Positions 39,557 through 50,417 of a DNA stretch of 64,000 nt are shown here, piece after piece. Numbering within the stretch: position 1 is the first letter of the stretch; every line of letters starts with the position of its first letter. The notes beneath the pieces are model-generated. The model did not search any database and was not told the DNA's origin. It saw only the letters and a list, made by a program, of their open reading frames with translations. The position numbers and the translations under genes are program-made. Source of the stretch: an uncultured Pseudomonadota bacterium (GTDB taxonomy: Bacteria > Pseudomonadota > Alphaproteobacteria > RF32 > CAG-239); NCBI GenBank assembly GCA_949295025.1, contig CASFJK010000002.1:21372-85371 (forward strand), in the 5' to 3' direction.

Positions 39557-41374
39557 ATGAGTGAATTTGATATGCCTTTTCCTGAAGAAAGCAAACAGGA
39601 TAAAAAAAAGATTGAAACAGCCAAGTTATTATCTAAATCTTTGATTTATGCTTTTGCAATCTTTGGTTTGATATTTGTTTTGATTTTATTTTTAATTTTT
39701 GGGATGTTGCGTCCTCAAGGTAAAACAGTGGCTCAAGTTCCATCTTCTGCCGTTCTAGCAATTGATTTTGATGAAAGTTTTTCAGAAACAAAAGATAATG
39801 ATATTGTGGCAGAATTGTCCGGTGTGCAGAATCAAAACTTTTTTGATATGATTAAGGCAATCAATGTGGCTGCTTTTGATGTAAGAGTGAAAGCTTTGGT
39901 CGGCAAAATCAGTGTTTCTTCACTTGGATTGGCTCAAATTCAAGAACTGCGCCAAACGATTATTAATTTTAAGAAAAAAGGTAAAAAAGCCTATATTTAT
40001 GCACCGAGTTTTGGATCTTTTGGACGTGGAACCAAGGAATATTATTTGGCATCGGTTTTTGATGAGATTGTTATTGCGCCAAATTGCGAAGTCGGTATCA
40101 CCGGTATAGGATTTGAAATTCCGTTTTTCCGTGATGTTTTGGATAAAATCGGCGTTCAGCCGGAGTTTTATAGCCGCTATGAATATAAAACAGCAATGGA
40201 TTCAATGACACAAAAAACAATGTCTGCTCCATTTAAAGCTGAGATGGAAAAGCTCGGAACAGGAATTTTTAATCGAATGGTGGTTGATATTGCATCTGCT
40301 CGTAAGCTCTCCGACAAAGATGTCGTATCATTAATCAATCAAGCACCATTATCTTCTGATGATGCTTTAAAAGCAAAATTGGTTGATAAAATTGCTTTCA
40401 AACAAGATTATTTAGATAGCGTTGAAAAAGCGCATAAAGCAAAGCTGATTGATTTGGCTGATTATGAAACCAATATTCAAGACCATAAAAAAGGAACAAC
40501 CTCAATTGCTTTGCTTGTGATAGACGGGGTGATTGCCGAAGGTGAAAGCTCAGCAGATTCTTTACAGGAAGAAATGGTGACAGGTGCAGATACTGTGCTT
40601 TCATATCTTAAAGAAATAGATGAAGATGAAAATGTAAAGGCTTTGGTTGTCAGAGTAAATTCTCCTGGTGGCGGTTATAATGCTGCCAATGATATTTGGC
40701 ACGGAATTGAGCAACTTAAAGCTAAAAAGAAAATTCCTGTGATTGTTTCTATGGGAGATTATGCTGCGTCAGGCGGATATTTTGTTGCTATTGCTGGAGA
40801 TAAAATTGTAGCAGAACCTTCTACTATTACAGGTTCAATCGGCGTGCTTGGTGGCAAAATGGTTTTGCAAAACTTATGGAAGAAATTAGGTGTGCATTGG
40901 CAGCGTATTTCTTTTGGGCAAAATGCCGGAATTTTGAGTGCAAACGCCCCATTTTCAAAACAAGAAAAAGATATATTTAACAAATCATTAGATAATGTAT
41001 ATTCAGATTTTACTTCAAAAGTTGCAAAAGCAAGAAATTTGTCCGAAAAAGAAATGGATAAGCTCGCTCGCGGTCGTGTTTGGTTGGGCGAACAAGCCTT
41101 AAAAGTCAAACTCGTAGATGAACTTGGCGGTATTGAAACAGCTCTCGCCTTAGCTCAAAAAGCAGCTCAAATCAAAGATGATGAAAAAGTAAGAATTGAG
41201 TTTTATCCAAAAGAGAAAACCCTACAAGAAAAGTTGCAACAACTTATCAGTGGTGGAAAAGGGTTGGTTGTGTCGCAACAGGTTAAAAATTTTAGTGAGG
41301 AAATTCAAACGATTAAAATGCTTAATCGCTTGAAATACAATGCTGTTTTACCACCAATGAAAATTGAGATGTAA
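39557..41374 (+). CDS. sppA: Signal peptide peptidase SppA (protease IV, 67K type)
   Basis: N-terminal TM helix plus two S49 ClpP-fold repeats (GDYAASGGYFVA). Confidence 0.75.
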   Translation: MSEFDMPFPEESKQDKKKIETAKLLSKSLIYAFAIFGLIFVLILFLIFGMLRPQGKTVAQVPSSAVLAIDFDESFSETKDNDIVAELSGVQNQNFFDMIKAINVAAFDVRVKALVGKISVSSLGLAQIQELRQTIINFKKKGKKAYIYAPSFGSFGRGTKEYYLASVFDEIVIAPNCEVGITGIGFEIPFFRDVLDKIGVQPEFYSRYEYKTAMDSMTQKTMSAPFKAEMEKLGTGIFNRMVVDIASARKLSDKDVVSLINQAPLSSDDALKAKLVDKIAFKQDYLDSVEKAHKAKLIDLADYETNIQDHKKGTTSIALLVIDGVIAEGESSADSLQEEMVTGADTVLSYLKEIDEDENVKALVVRVNSPGGGYNAANDIWHGIEQLKAKKKIPVIVSMGDYAASGGYFVAIAGDKIVAEPSTITGSIGVLGGKMVLQNLWKKLGVHWQRISFGQNAGILSANAPFSKQEKDIFNKSLDNVYSDFTSKVAKARNLSEKEMDKLARGRVWLGEQALKVKLVDELGGIETALALAQKAAQIKDDEKVRIEFYPKEKTLQEKLQQLISGGKGLVVSQQVKNFSEEIQTIKMLNRLKYNAVLPPMKIEM

Positions 41375-41445
41375 ATACAAGTTTTTTATTGCAAAATTAG
41401 ATAATTGTTCTATTTTTGTATAAGTTTAAAGTAGAGGATAAAAAT

Positions 41446-41733
41446 ATGGCCATAGATAGAGAAACAGTAAGACGAATTGCATTTCTTTCTCGTCTGAAAA
41501 TTGAAGATGATAAAATTGCTGATACAGAAGATGAATTTAATAAAATTCTCAACTGGGTGGAACAATTAAGCGAAGTTAATACCGATGGTGTTGAACCTTT
41601 GGTTTCTGTAAATGATACAAATTTGACCTTGCGTCAAGATGAAGTTACCGAGGGTAATCAAGCCGATGCTGTTTTGAAAAATGCACCACAGGCTCAATAC
41701 GGCTATTTCACCGTTCCTAAAGTTGTTGAATAA
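41446..41733 (+). CDS. gatC: Glu-tRNA(Gln)/Asp-tRNA(Asn) amidotransferase subunit C
   Basis: MAIDRETVRRIAFLSRLKI... in a 95-aa protein. RBS agagga. The track starts at the upstream ATG at 41416. Confidence 0.8.
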   Translation: MAIDRETVRRIAFLSRLKIEDDKIADTEDEFNKILNWVEQLSEVNTDGVEPLVSVNDTNLTLRQDEVTEGNQADAVLKNAPQAQYGYFTVPKVVE

Positions 41734-41756
41734 AATTTTATTAAAGGTTCAAGAAA

Positions 41757-43217
41757 ATGACAAAATTAACCGAACTAACAATTGCTCAGGCAAGAGAAGC
41801 CCTGAAGAAAAAAGAGTTTAGCGCTGTCGAACTTACAAAAGCTTATATCGATGAAATGAATGACAAGCGTAAATATAATGCTTATGTGTTTGAAACACCT
41901 GAAAAAGCTTTGACCCAAGCACAAAAATCTGATGAAAAATATGCCAACGGTACAGATGGTGTTTTGGAAGGTATTCCTTTGGGAATCAAAGATTTATACT
42001 GTACTAAAGATATTCGTGCAACCGCTTGTTCTCATATTTTGGATGGCTTTGAGCCGCAATATGAGTCTACCGTAACATCAAAACTTTTGAATGCCGGTGC
42101 TTGCTTTTTAGGTAAGCTGAATATGGATGAATTTGCTATGGGTGGTAGTAACGAAACCAGTTATTATGGTCCGGCCGTTAACCCTTGGAGCAAAGATGTT
42201 CCGCTTGTTGCCGGCGGTTCTTCAGGTGGTTCGGCTGCAGCTGTTGCTGCTAACATGTGCGCTGCTGCCACAGGTACTGATACCGGTGGTTCTATCCGTC
42301 AGCCTTCTGCTTTTTGCGGTATTACCGGTATTAAACCAACATATGGTCGTTGCTCTCGTTATGGTATTATCGCATTTGCATCTTCTTTAGACCAAGCCGG
42401 TCCAATGTGTAAAGACGTGCGTGACTGCGCCATTATGTTAAACGTAATGTCCGGTTATGATGCAAAAGATTCAACTTCTGCCAAAGTGGAAGTTCCAAAC
42501 TTTGAAGCTTTCTTAAATCAAGATATTAAAGGCTTAAAAATTGGTATTCCGGCAGAATATCGTCCTGATGGTTTGAATACTGAAATTTCCGCTTTGTGGG
42601 ATAAAGGTATTGAAATGCTTAAAGCCAGAGGTGCTGAAATTGTAAACATTTCTCTGCCGCACACTAAATATGCTTTGCCGACATATTACATTATTGCTCC
42701 AGCTGAAGCATCTTCCAACTTGGCACGCTATGACGGATTGCGTTATGGTTTGCGTGTGAACGGTGAACATCTTGATAATATGTATATCAACAGCCGTACC
42801 GAAGGTTTTGGTAAAGAAGTTAAGCGTCGTATTATGATTGGTACATACGTTCTTTCAGCCGGTTATTATGACGCATATTATCTCAAAGCACAAAAAGTTC
42901 GTCGTTTGATCCGTCAAGACTTTATCAATGCTTTTGAAAAATGCGACATTATTTTAACGCCGACATCTCCGGTTACCGCATTCCCGATTGGTGATAAATC
43001 TATGCAGGAAAACCCAATTAATATGTGGCTCAATGACGTATTTACCGTTTCTGTCAACTTGGCTGGTTTGCCTGCCATGAGCTTGCCGATGGGACTTTCT
43101 CATGATGGTTTGCCTTTAGGCTTGCAGCTCATCGGTAAAGCTTTTGATGAGGGAACAATTTTCAAAACCGCCAGCGCTTTGGAACAAGATGCCGCTTTTA
43201 GAAAAGGAATGAAATAA
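41757..43217 (+). CDS. gatA: Amidotransferase subunit A
   Basis: Amidase signature [13 protein letters not shown]. Confidence 0.95.
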   Translation: MTKLTELTIAQAREALKKKEFSAVELTKAYIDEMNDKRKYNAYVFETPEKALTQAQKSDEKYANGTDGVLEGIPLGIKDLYCTKDIRATACSHILDGFEPQYESTVTSKLLNAGACFLGKLNMDEFAMGGSNETSYYGPAVNPWSKDVPLVAGGSSGGSAAAVAANMCAAATGTDTGGSIRQPSAFCGITGIKPTYGRCSRYGIIAFASSLDQAGPMCKDVRDCAIMLNVMSGYDAKDSTSAKVEVPNFEAFLNQDIKGLKIGIPAEYRPDGLNTEISALWDKGIEMLKARGAEIVNISLPHTKYALPTYYIIAPAEASSNLARYDGLRYGLRVNGEHLDNMYINSRTEGFGKEVKRRIMIGTYVLSAGYYDAYYLKAQKVRRLIRQDFINAFEKCDIILTPTSPVTAFPIGDKSMQENPINMWLNDVFTVSVNLAGLPAMSLPMGLSHDGLPLGLQLIGKAFDEGTIFKTASALEQDAAFRKGMK

Positions 43218-44674
43218 TGACAGGTTTGATTATTGAAGGAAAAACCGCTTCTTGGGAAGTAATCTGCGGATTGGAAATTCACTGTCAGATTATTTCAAAA
43301 TCTAAAATGTTTTCAGGTGCTTCTACCCATTATGGTTCTGATGCCAACGAAAACGTTTCTTTTGTTGATGCCGGTATGCCGGGAATGTTGCCGACCTTAA
43401 ATGAACGTTGCGTTTATCAGGCTGTTAAAACCGGTTTGGGCTTGAATGCCAAAATCAACAAATATTCTGAATTTGCTCGCAAAAACTATTTCTATGCCGA
43501 TTTACCGCAGGGTTACCAAATCAGCCAGTTCAAATATCCGATTGTGGGTGAGGGACATGTAACCGTTGATTTGAGCGATGGTACGACCAAAGATATTGGT
43601 ATTGAGCGTTTGCATATTGAACAAGATGCTGGAAAATCCATTCACGATATGGCTCCCGATAAAAGCTTTATCGACTTGAACCGTGCTGGTGTGGGGTTGA
43701 TGGAAATTGTAACTAAACCAGATTTTCGTTCTCCGGAAGAAGCAGGTGCATTCTTGCGTAAACTGCGCTCTATTGTTCGTTACCTTGGTACTTGCGATGG
43801 CAACATGGATGAAGGTTCAATGCGTTGTGATGTGAACGTATCTGTTCGTAAAGTTGGGGAAGAGGGATATCGTACCCGTTGCGAGATGAAGAACGTTAAC
43901 TCTGTTAAGTTTGTAATGCAAGCTATTGAAAATGAAGCAAAACGCCACGTTGAAGTTTATGAAAGCGGTGGTAATATCGAGCAAGAAACGCGTCAGTTTG
44001 ATCCGTCTACCGGTTTGACCAAAGTTATGCGTAAAAAAGAATTTGCCCATGACTATCGTTATTTTCCTGAGCCGGATTTATTGCCATTGGTTTTGGATGA
44101 TGACTACATTGCCAAGGTTAAGGCTGATATGGTTGAGTTGCCGGATGCCAAACGTGCTCGCTTTGTTAAAGAGCTTGGCTTAACGGCTTATGATGCTTCT
44201 GTTATCTGCGAGAACAAAGAAACTGCAGATTTCTTTGAAAAAGCAGCTCAAGGTCATGATGCCAAAAAAGTTGCCAACTGGTTGATGGGCGATTTCTTTG
44301 CTATGCTTAATGAAAAGAAAGTAGAACTTAAAGATTCTCCTGTAAGCGCCGAAAATCTCGGGAAACTTGTGGAGCTTATTACTTCTAATGTAATTAACGG
44401 AAAAACCGCTAAAGATGTTTTTGCAATCATGGCAGAAACAGGTGGTGATCCTGAAAAAATCGTTGAAGAAAAAGGTTTGAAACAAGTTACCGATATGGGT
44501 GCTATTGAAGCAATTGTTGATGAAGTGATTGCCTCAGCTCCTGATAATGTGGCTGCTTACAAAGCTGGAAAGAATAACCTTTTGGGTTGGTTTGTCGGTC
44601 AAGTGATGAAAAAAACACAAGGCAAGGCAAACCCTGCAATTGTTAATAAAATGATTGCAGAAAAATTGAATTAA
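43217..44674 (+). CDS. gatB: Amidotransferase subunit B
   Basis: GatB N-domain and C-terminal YqeY-like domain. Start overlaps the gatA stop. Confidence 0.95.
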   Translation: MTGLIIEGKTASWEVICGLEIHCQIISKSKMFSGASTHYGSDANENVSFVDAGMPGMLPTLNERCVYQAVKTGLGLNAKINKYSEFARKNYFYADLPQGYQISQFKYPIVGEGHVTVDLSDGTTKDIGIERLHIEQDAGKSIHDMAPDKSFIDLNRAGVGLMEIVTKPDFRSPEEAGAFLRKLRSIVRYLGTCDGNMDEGSMRCDVNVSVRKVGEEGYRTRCEMKNVNSVKFVMQAIENEAKRHVEVYESGGNIEQETRQFDPSTGLTKVMRKKEFAHDYRYFPEPDLLPLVLDDDYIAKVKADMVELPDAKRARFVKELGLTAYDASVICENKETADFFEKAAQGHDAKKVANWLMGDFFAMLNEKKVELKDSPVSAENLGKLVELITSNVINGKTAKDVFAIMAETGGDPEKIVEEKGLKQVTDMGAIEAIVDEVIASAPDNVAAYKAGKNNLLGWFVGQVMKKTQGKANPAIVNKMIAEKLN

Positions 44675-44721
44675 TAAAACGGGGCGGAAATCCGCCCCTT
44701 ATTAAACTTTGAGATTTTTTT

Positions 44722-45288
44722 ATGGAACTTTTAGACTTTTTACAAAATTATCAAGCTTTTAATGAAGAGGAAGAGGCGGAGCGCCAAGAGATAATTCAAT
44801 TTATCAAAGCGTTTGGCGATAAGTCTTATGACCGAGATAATTTGGTTAGGCACTTTTCTGCTTCGGCTTGGATTGTGAACCAAGAACATACTAAAGTTTT
44901 GATGATTTATCATAATATGTTTAACACTTGGGCGTGGGTTGGCGGACATGCCGACGGTGATAAAGACTTGCTTCATGTCGCTCTCAAAGAAACAGAAGAG
45001 GAAACAGGCTTAACTAACGTTAAACCCGTGTTTGAAACCCCAATAGATGTGAATATGATGGTGGTGCATAATCACTATAAGAGAGGCAAATTTGTGCCAA
45101 GACATCTTCATCCCAATATAGTCTATCTGTTGGAAGCTGATGAAAATGCTCCGGTTCGCAAAAAAGAAGATGAAAATTCGGGCGTGAAATGGATTGAATT
45201 TGATGATGTGAAAAACTATGTGACAAATGAGTACACGCTTGTCTATTATAACCGCATTATTGAAAAAATGAAAAGGAATAAGTGGTAA
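44722..45288 (+). CDS. NUDIX hydrolase
   Basis: Nudix box GGHADGDKDLLHVALKETEEETGL. Confidence 0.65.
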   Translation: MELLDFLQNYQAFNEEEEAERQEIIQFIKAFGDKSYDRDNLVRHFSASAWIVNQEHTKVLMIYHNMFNTWAWVGGHADGDKDLLHVALKETEEETGLTNVKPVFETPIDVNMMVVHNHYKRGKFVPRHLHPNIVYLLEADENAPVRKKEDENSGVKWIEFDDVKNYVTNEYTLVYYNRIIEKMKRNKW

Positions 45289-45292
45289 AAAA

Positions 45293-46066
45293 ATGACCAA
45301 TGTTTTTGTTGAAGGGCTTTTAGCATCGCTTATTGCTGGTTTGGTTACCGGTGTCGGCGGTTTTATGATTTTCTTAAAAAAGAAATATAGCCAAAATGAT
45401 ATTAATTTTATGCTTAATCTGGCTGCAGGAGTTATGCTTGCTGCTTCTTTCTTTGCCCTTTTGGTTCCTTCTATGGGAAAAATTTTACAATTTGACCCTG
45501 ATGTTCATATTGCTGCATTATGGTATAGTTTAGCTGTTTTTACCGGTGTGGCTTTGGTGTGGATACTCAATGCTTTATTGCCGCATGAACATAATCATAT
45601 GGGAACTCATGGTCCTCATATCAGTCTCAAAAAAGCTTGGCTTTTTATTATTGCTATCACACTTCACAAACTTCCAGAAGGTTTGGCCGTTGGTGTTGCC
45701 TTCAGTGCCGAAGATTTTATTAATCCATTGAGTTTGGTGATAGGTATTGCCTTACATAATATTCCTGAAGGTTTGACCATTGCTATTTCTTTAGTTGGGG
45801 CAGGCGTTTCTCGGATTAAAGCTGCTTCTACGGCTCTGCTTATCGGTATGGTTCAACCGATTGGTGCAATTATTGGTTTGCTTACTATGGATATTAGCGA
45901 TAAAATTGTTCCTCTTGGTATGGCTATGGCCGGCGGTACGCTCTTGTTTGTGGTTATTAATGAAATTTTGCCGGAAACTTATGGCTTTAAACGTACGACA
46001 AAGTCTGCTTTTGCCGTATTTTTCGGATTTATATTTATGACTTACTTGTCTATGGTTTTAGATTAG
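45293..46066 (+). CDS. zupT: ZIP-family zinc transporter
   Basis: 8-TM protein with HNIPEGLAVGVAF and HNIPEGLTIAISL. Confidence 0.8.
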   Translation: MTNVFVEGLLASLIAGLVTGVGGFMIFLKKKYSQNDINFMLNLAAGVMLAASFFALLVPSMGKILQFDPDVHIAALWYSLAVFTGVALVWILNALLPHEHNHMGTHGPHISLKKAWLFIIAITLHKLPEGLAVGVAFSAEDFINPLSLVIGIALHNIPEGLTIAISLVGAGVSRIKAASTALLIGMVQPIGAIIGLLTMDISDKIVPLGMAMAGGTLLFVVINEILPETYGFKRTTKSAFAVFFGFIFMTYLSMVLD

Positions 46067-46099
46067 AAAAAAATATATGTTTATTTTTGAAATTTTGTG

Positions 46100-46128
46100 T
46101 TGACGAGTGGTGAAACATAATATAAATA
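46100..46128 (+). promoter_or_regulatory. Putative sigma70 promoter for tRNA-Ser
   Basis: TTGACG at 46100, a 17-nt spacer, then TAAATA within tataaatata, about 18 nt before the tRNA 5' end. Confidence 0.45.
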
Positions 46129-46145
46129 TATCTGCGTACCACGTT

Positions 46146-46233
46146 GGAGAGTTGGCAGAGTGGTAATGCAGCGGATTGCTAATCCGTCATCGGGAATACC
46201 GATGCACAGGTTCGAGTCCTGTACTCTCCGCCA
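46146..46233 (+). tRNA. tRNA-Ser (anticodon GCU)
   Basis: GGAGAGTTGGCAGAGTGGTAATGCAGCGGATTGCTAATCCGT plus a long variable arm, ...GGTTCGAGTCCTGTACTCTCCGCCA. Confidence 0.85.
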
Positions 46234-46235
46234 TT

Positions 46236-46266
46236 AAAAAGCACCTCATGAGGGTGCTTTTTTTAT
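46236..46266 (+). terminator. Terminator after tRNA-Ser
   Basis: Hairpin agcacctcatgagggtgct followed by TTTTTTT. Confidence 0.7.
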
Positions 46267-46290
46267 GTTGTTAATAGATGGAGTTCTGTT

Positions 46291-47844
46291 ATGAAAAAAT
46301 GGCTTAATTTGGGTTTTAGCTTATCTTTAATTATTTCTTTTTGTGTGTTTGGTTATTCTCACATTGCAAAATCTGAAACTAAAGCAGAATTTTCTTTTGC
46401 AGATGTTGTTTCTAAAGCTAAACAACTTTCTTTATCTCCTTATGTTGACAACAAAGCCGATTTGCCGGCTTCATTAACCCAAATGAAATATGAGCAATAT
46501 AGCGATATTCGTTTTCGTCCGGAGCAAGCTTTGTGGCATGATAAAAATTTCTCTTATGAAGCACAATTTTATCACCTTGGTGGTTTGTTTAATCATCCGG
46601 TGCAACTCCACGAAATTAAAAAAGGCAAAGTTATTGATATAAATTATGACTTTCATAATTTTGATTTTGGTAAAAATAATATTACTCCAGAAACTTTTGA
46701 TAAAAATTTAGGTTATGCCGGTTTTCGTCTGCAATATCCTCTGAATACAGATTTTTATGACGAACTTATTTCTTTTTTAGGGGCAAGTTATTTTCGTTCC
46801 ATGGCAAAGGGGCAACGTTATGGGCTTTCAGCTCGTGGTTTAGGTATCAACACTGCAGAAAAAATGCCTGAAGAATTTCCGATTTTTAAAGAATTTTGGC
46901 TTAATCGCCCCGACGATGAAGAAATTAAAGTTTATGCCTTGCTTGATAGTCCAAGTGTTGCCGGAGCATATAGTTTCAATATTATCCCCGGTGAAGAAAC
47001 TATTATTGATGTGGAGGCTGTTCTTTATCCTCGTATGAATATATCTAAACTAGAAATAGCTCCATTAACATCAATGTTTTTATATGGAGAAAACACCAAA
47101 ATCCGTTTTGATGATTATCGTCCCGAAGTTCATGACAGTGATGGTTTGTTGGTTGTTAACGGAAATGGTGAAAAAATTTGGCGTCCGTTAGACAACTCAG
47201 AACATTTGCGCTTGAGTTCTTTTCTAGACAATAATCCTAAAGGTTTTGGCTTGATGCAACGTGATCGTAATCCTCGTCATTATCTTGATCCTGAAGCGGC
47301 ATATGATTTACGCCCGAGTTTGTGGATTGAACCTCTGGAAAATTGGGGAAAAGGTATGGTACAACTTGCCGAACTCCCATCTATTGATGAAACTAATGAT
47401 AACGTTGTGGCTTATTGGGTTCCAGATATGCCGATTGAGGCGCAACAAGAATATCGTTTTAAATATCGTATGCATTGGGTTGATGAAGCACCTGTTATGA
47501 CCAATTTGGCAAAAATTTATGCAACATACAATGGTATGGGTGGAGATGGCTTGGCCGGAGAATATTTGCGTCATAAACGCAAATACGTAATTGATTTTGT
47601 TGATTTTGACGTTGAAAATCTGAAACAAGAAATTGAAAACGGCAATATTTGGGCAGATATATCTAACCAAGCCGGAACAATTACAAATGTGAAATTGATG
47701 TATACGCCAAGTATTAATGGTGCTACTTTATATTTTGATTTTGAACCCAACAAAGAAATTATAGAATTGCGTGTCTTGCTTAGAGATAAAGCACATGATA
47801 ATCGTCCGATTTCTGAAATTTGGAGTTATCAATGGTGGAAGTAA
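46291..47844 (+). CDS. opgG: Periplasmic glucan biosynthesis protein G
   Basis: Signal peptide plus MdoG/OpgG-family conservation (YAGFRLQYP, DRNPRHYLDPEAAYDLRPSLWIEP). 517 aa. Confidence 0.85.
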   Translation: MKKWLNLGFSLSLIISFCVFGYSHIAKSETKAEFSFADVVSKAKQLSLSPYVDNKADLPASLTQMKYEQYSDIRFRPEQALWHDKNFSYEAQFYHLGGLFNHPVQLHEIKKGKVIDINYDFHNFDFGKNNITPETFDKNLGYAGFRLQYPLNTDFYDELISFLGASYFRSMAKGQRYGLSARGLGINTAEKMPEEFPIFKEFWLNRPDDEEIKVYALLDSPSVAGAYSFNIIPGEETIIDVEAVLYPRMNISKLEIAPLTSMFLYGENTKIRFDDYRPEVHDSDGLLVVNGNGEKIWRPLDNSEHLRLSSFLDNNPKGFGLMQRDRNPRHYLDPEAAYDLRPSLWIEPLENWGKGMVQLAELPSIDETNDNVVAYWVPDMPIEAQQEYRFKYRMHWVDEAPVMTNLAKIYATYNGMGGDGLAGEYLRHKRKYVIDFVDFDVENLKQEIENGNIWADISNQAGTITNVKLMYTPSINGATLYFDFEPNKEIIELRVLLRDKAHDNRPISEIWSYQWWK

Positions 47845-47918
47845 TATAAAAGCTTGATTATAATAAAAATCAAGTTATAGTGATGTTTAATCTTTAATTA
47901 TTAATCTTTTATTTTATT

Positions 47919-48155
47919 ATGAAAACAAAATTAAAAAAATTATTCAAAACATGGGGCATTATTGCTTTGGTGTTTGTTGCGGCTTTCCTTTTAATGGATA
48001 AATCAAGAATTTCATATGGCTTTTTTATGTTTTCTTTTGCTATTACGGGAATTTTTATTCTCTTCGGCTGGGATAAATATATTACCTATGGTGATGAAAA
48101 AGTTCCGACATCATCGCAGACTGTTCCTGAAGATGTTGATGATATGATGGAATAA
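47919..48155 (+). CDS. Small membrane protein (hypothetical)
   Basis: 78 aa with two hydrophobic helices. Confidence 0.3.
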   Translation: MKTKLKKLFKTWGIIALVFVAAFLLMDKSRISYGFFMFSFAITGIFILFGWDKYITYGDEKVPTSSQTVPEDVDDMME

Positions 48156-48200
48156 ATTTTTATAGCGTATTCTTTACTTTTATGGAGAATACGCTTTTTT

Positions 48201-49157
48201 TTATGATATATGTTTGATTAAAAAATCTTTTAGTTTTTCTTCATCATCCCATTTGATTTTTATTTCTAATACATTGAATTTATTTTGCAAATCAGCTGGA
48301 ATTTTTACAAAATCTTTGGATGTCGTATATAGAACGCATTTGTTCTGTTCTGCTTTATTAATAAGAGATAGAAGCTCTTCTCTGGTATAATAATGATGAT
48401 CAGGAAAATCAATTGTTTGATAGACTTTGAAACCGCATAATCTTAAAGATGTATAGAACTTTTCAGGACGACCAATGCCTGCAAAAGCGATAACTGGATT
48501 TTTTTCTGTTTTTTTTATGTCGGGGGCTATATGACCTTTAAAAATCGGCAGATTATCAAATTGTTTAGCTAAGTTATGTTTGTCCTCACCAATAATTATT
48601 ATTGCTTGAGCTCTTTTTAGTCCTGAGGATAAGGTCTCACGTAAAGGTCCGGCCGGAATGCATAATCCATTTCCATAGCCAAATTCACCATCAAAAACCA
48701 AGAATGAAATATCTTTCTTTAATGAAGGATTTTGAAAGCCATCATCCATAATTATAATGTCGGCACCTTTTTCTATGGCCAGTTTGGCTCCTAAATATCG
48801 ATTAGGATTAACAACCACAGGAGCTTGTCTGGCCAAGAGAAGGGGCTCATCACCGACTTCTTTTGCTGTATGTATGTTTTTATCAACCAAAACATTATGC
48901 AAAACACCGCCATAACCACGGGAAACAAAAAAAGGTCTTTTCCCAAGTTCGCTTAAAAGTTCGGCAAAAGATATTGAAACAGGGGTCTTACCTGTTCCAC
49001 CAGCCGTTAAATTTCCAATACATATTACTTTTTTTTCAACAGCTTGTGTCTTTTTTAACGCCAAATTAAGGGTTGTAGCCAATTGGTATAGATATCCAAA
49101 TGGTGACAAAAGATAAGTATATATATTCTTTTTTTTCCAATAATTTGGCGTTTTCAT
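48201..49157 (-). CDS. lpxK: Tetraacyldisaccharide 4'-kinase
   Basis: P-loop GNLTAGGTGKTP. Confidence 0.9.
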   Translation of the reverse strand: MKTPNYWKKKNIYTYLLSPFGYLYQLATTLNLALKKTQAVEKKVICIGNLTAGGTGKTPVSISFAELLSELGKRPFFVSRGYGGVLHNVLVDKNIHTAKEVGDEPLLLARQAPVVVNPNRYLGAKLAIEKGADIIIMDDGFQNPSLKKDISFLVFDGEFGYGNGLCIPAGPLRETLSSGLKRAQAIIIIGEDKHNLAKQFDNLPIFKGHIAPDIKKTEKNPVIAFAGIGRPEKFYTSLRLCGFKVYQTIDFPDHHYYTREELLSLINKAEQNKCVLYTTSKDFVKIPADLQNKFNVLEIKIKWDDEEKLKDFLIKHIS

Positions 49158-50416
49158 TATAAATATTCCTTAATTACATCAGAAATGCCATCCAAAACTT
49201 TGGCTTCTCCGGTTGCCCAAGCATATGCTTTTTCTTGGCAAGAATTGAGTTTATCTTTGTTTTGGAGAAGATTTAATACATTTTGAACTAAATCTTCGGC
49301 ATTTTTCACTTGGATAACAGCATCTGCTTTTTGTGCACGATTCATTGCATCGGTGAAGTTATGCATATGCGGACCAACCAAAACAGCATCATGGAAACGG
49401 CAAGGTTCAATAAAGTTTTGACCTCCATGCGGAATAAGAGAGCCGCCGATAAAAATTACGGGTGCAATATCGTACCAAAGACCAACTTCACCAATCGTGT
49501 TGGCAATATATACATCTGTTTCGGGTAAAATATTTTCACCTTCAGTGCGAAGAGCTGTTTTGAGCCCTAAGGCATTGAGCTGCTGCTGAATTTCAGGTCC
49601 TCTTTGAGGATGTCTGGGGGCAATGATTGTTAAGAGATTTGGAATCTTTTTCTTTATTTCAATTAATTGTTTGCCAATTTGACTTTCTTCATCATTGTGT
49701 GTGGAGATAACACCCCAGGTTGTTCTTTGACCTATTTGTTGAGTGATTTCTGCACGCTTCTTTTCATCTACAGGAGGGTTGAAGCCTGCATATTTTAAGT
49801 TTCCAAGGCAAATTGCTTCTTTGGCACCAAGGACTTTTAATCTTCTGGTATCTTCATCGGATTGGCCTAAACACATGCTAAAACAAGACAAAAGCTCTTT
49901 ACTTACGAAACGGAACATTTTCCAACGTTTGAATGTTTTGTTTGAAATGCGTCCATTTACCAAAACAAGCGGAATATTATTTTTCTTTATTTCTCCCAAC
50001 ATTGCCGGCCAAAATTCTGATTCAAACCATAAGGCAATGTCCGGTTTCCAGTGATTGAGAAAACTTTTTACATAGTTTGGATTATCAATAGGAATGTATT
50101 GATGAAAAGCTCTTTGTGGCAATCTTTTAGCCATAAGTTCAGCTGAGGTAACGGTTCCTGTGGTAACCATGATGTTAAAATCTGGATTTTCATCCAATAA
50201 TTTTTTTATTAAAGGTAACATTGAAAGAGATTCACCAACAGATGCGCCATGAAACCAGATGAGTTTTCCTTCAGGACGAGCAATTTTGGGATTTCCTAAG
50301 CGTTCATTGTGACGAGCAGTATCTTCTTTGCCGTTTTTTAGTCTTTTTGTGATGTATGGTTGAATTGCAAACGGATATATGCAACGTACCAAGTTATCAT
50401 AAATTTCAATAAACAT
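49157..50416 (-). CDS. waaA: 3-deoxy-D-manno-octulosonic acid (Kdo) transferase
   Basis: KdtA/WaaA family (GT30). The stop overlaps the lpxK start. Confidence 0.9.
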   Translation of the reverse strand: MFIEIYDNLVRCIYPFAIQPYITKRLKNGKEDTARHNERLGNPKIARPEGKLIWFHGASVGESLSMLPLIKKLLDENPDFNIMVTTGTVTSAELMAKRLPQRAFHQYIPIDNPNYVKSFLNHWKPDIALWFESEFWPAMLGEIKKNNIPLVLVNGRISNKTFKRWKMFRFVSKELLSCFSMCLGQSDEDTRRLKVLGAKEAICLGNLKYAGFNPPVDEKKRAEITQQIGQRTTWGVISTHNDEESQIGKQLIEIKKKIPNLLTIIAPRHPQRGPEIQQQLNALGLKTALRTEGENILPETDVYIANTIGEVGLWYDIAPVIFIGGSLIPHGGQNFIEPCRFHDAVLVGPHMHNFTDAMNRAQKADAVIQVKNAEDLVQNVLNLLQNKDKLNSCQEKAYAWATGEAKVLDGISDVIKEYL

Positions 50417-50417
50417 A

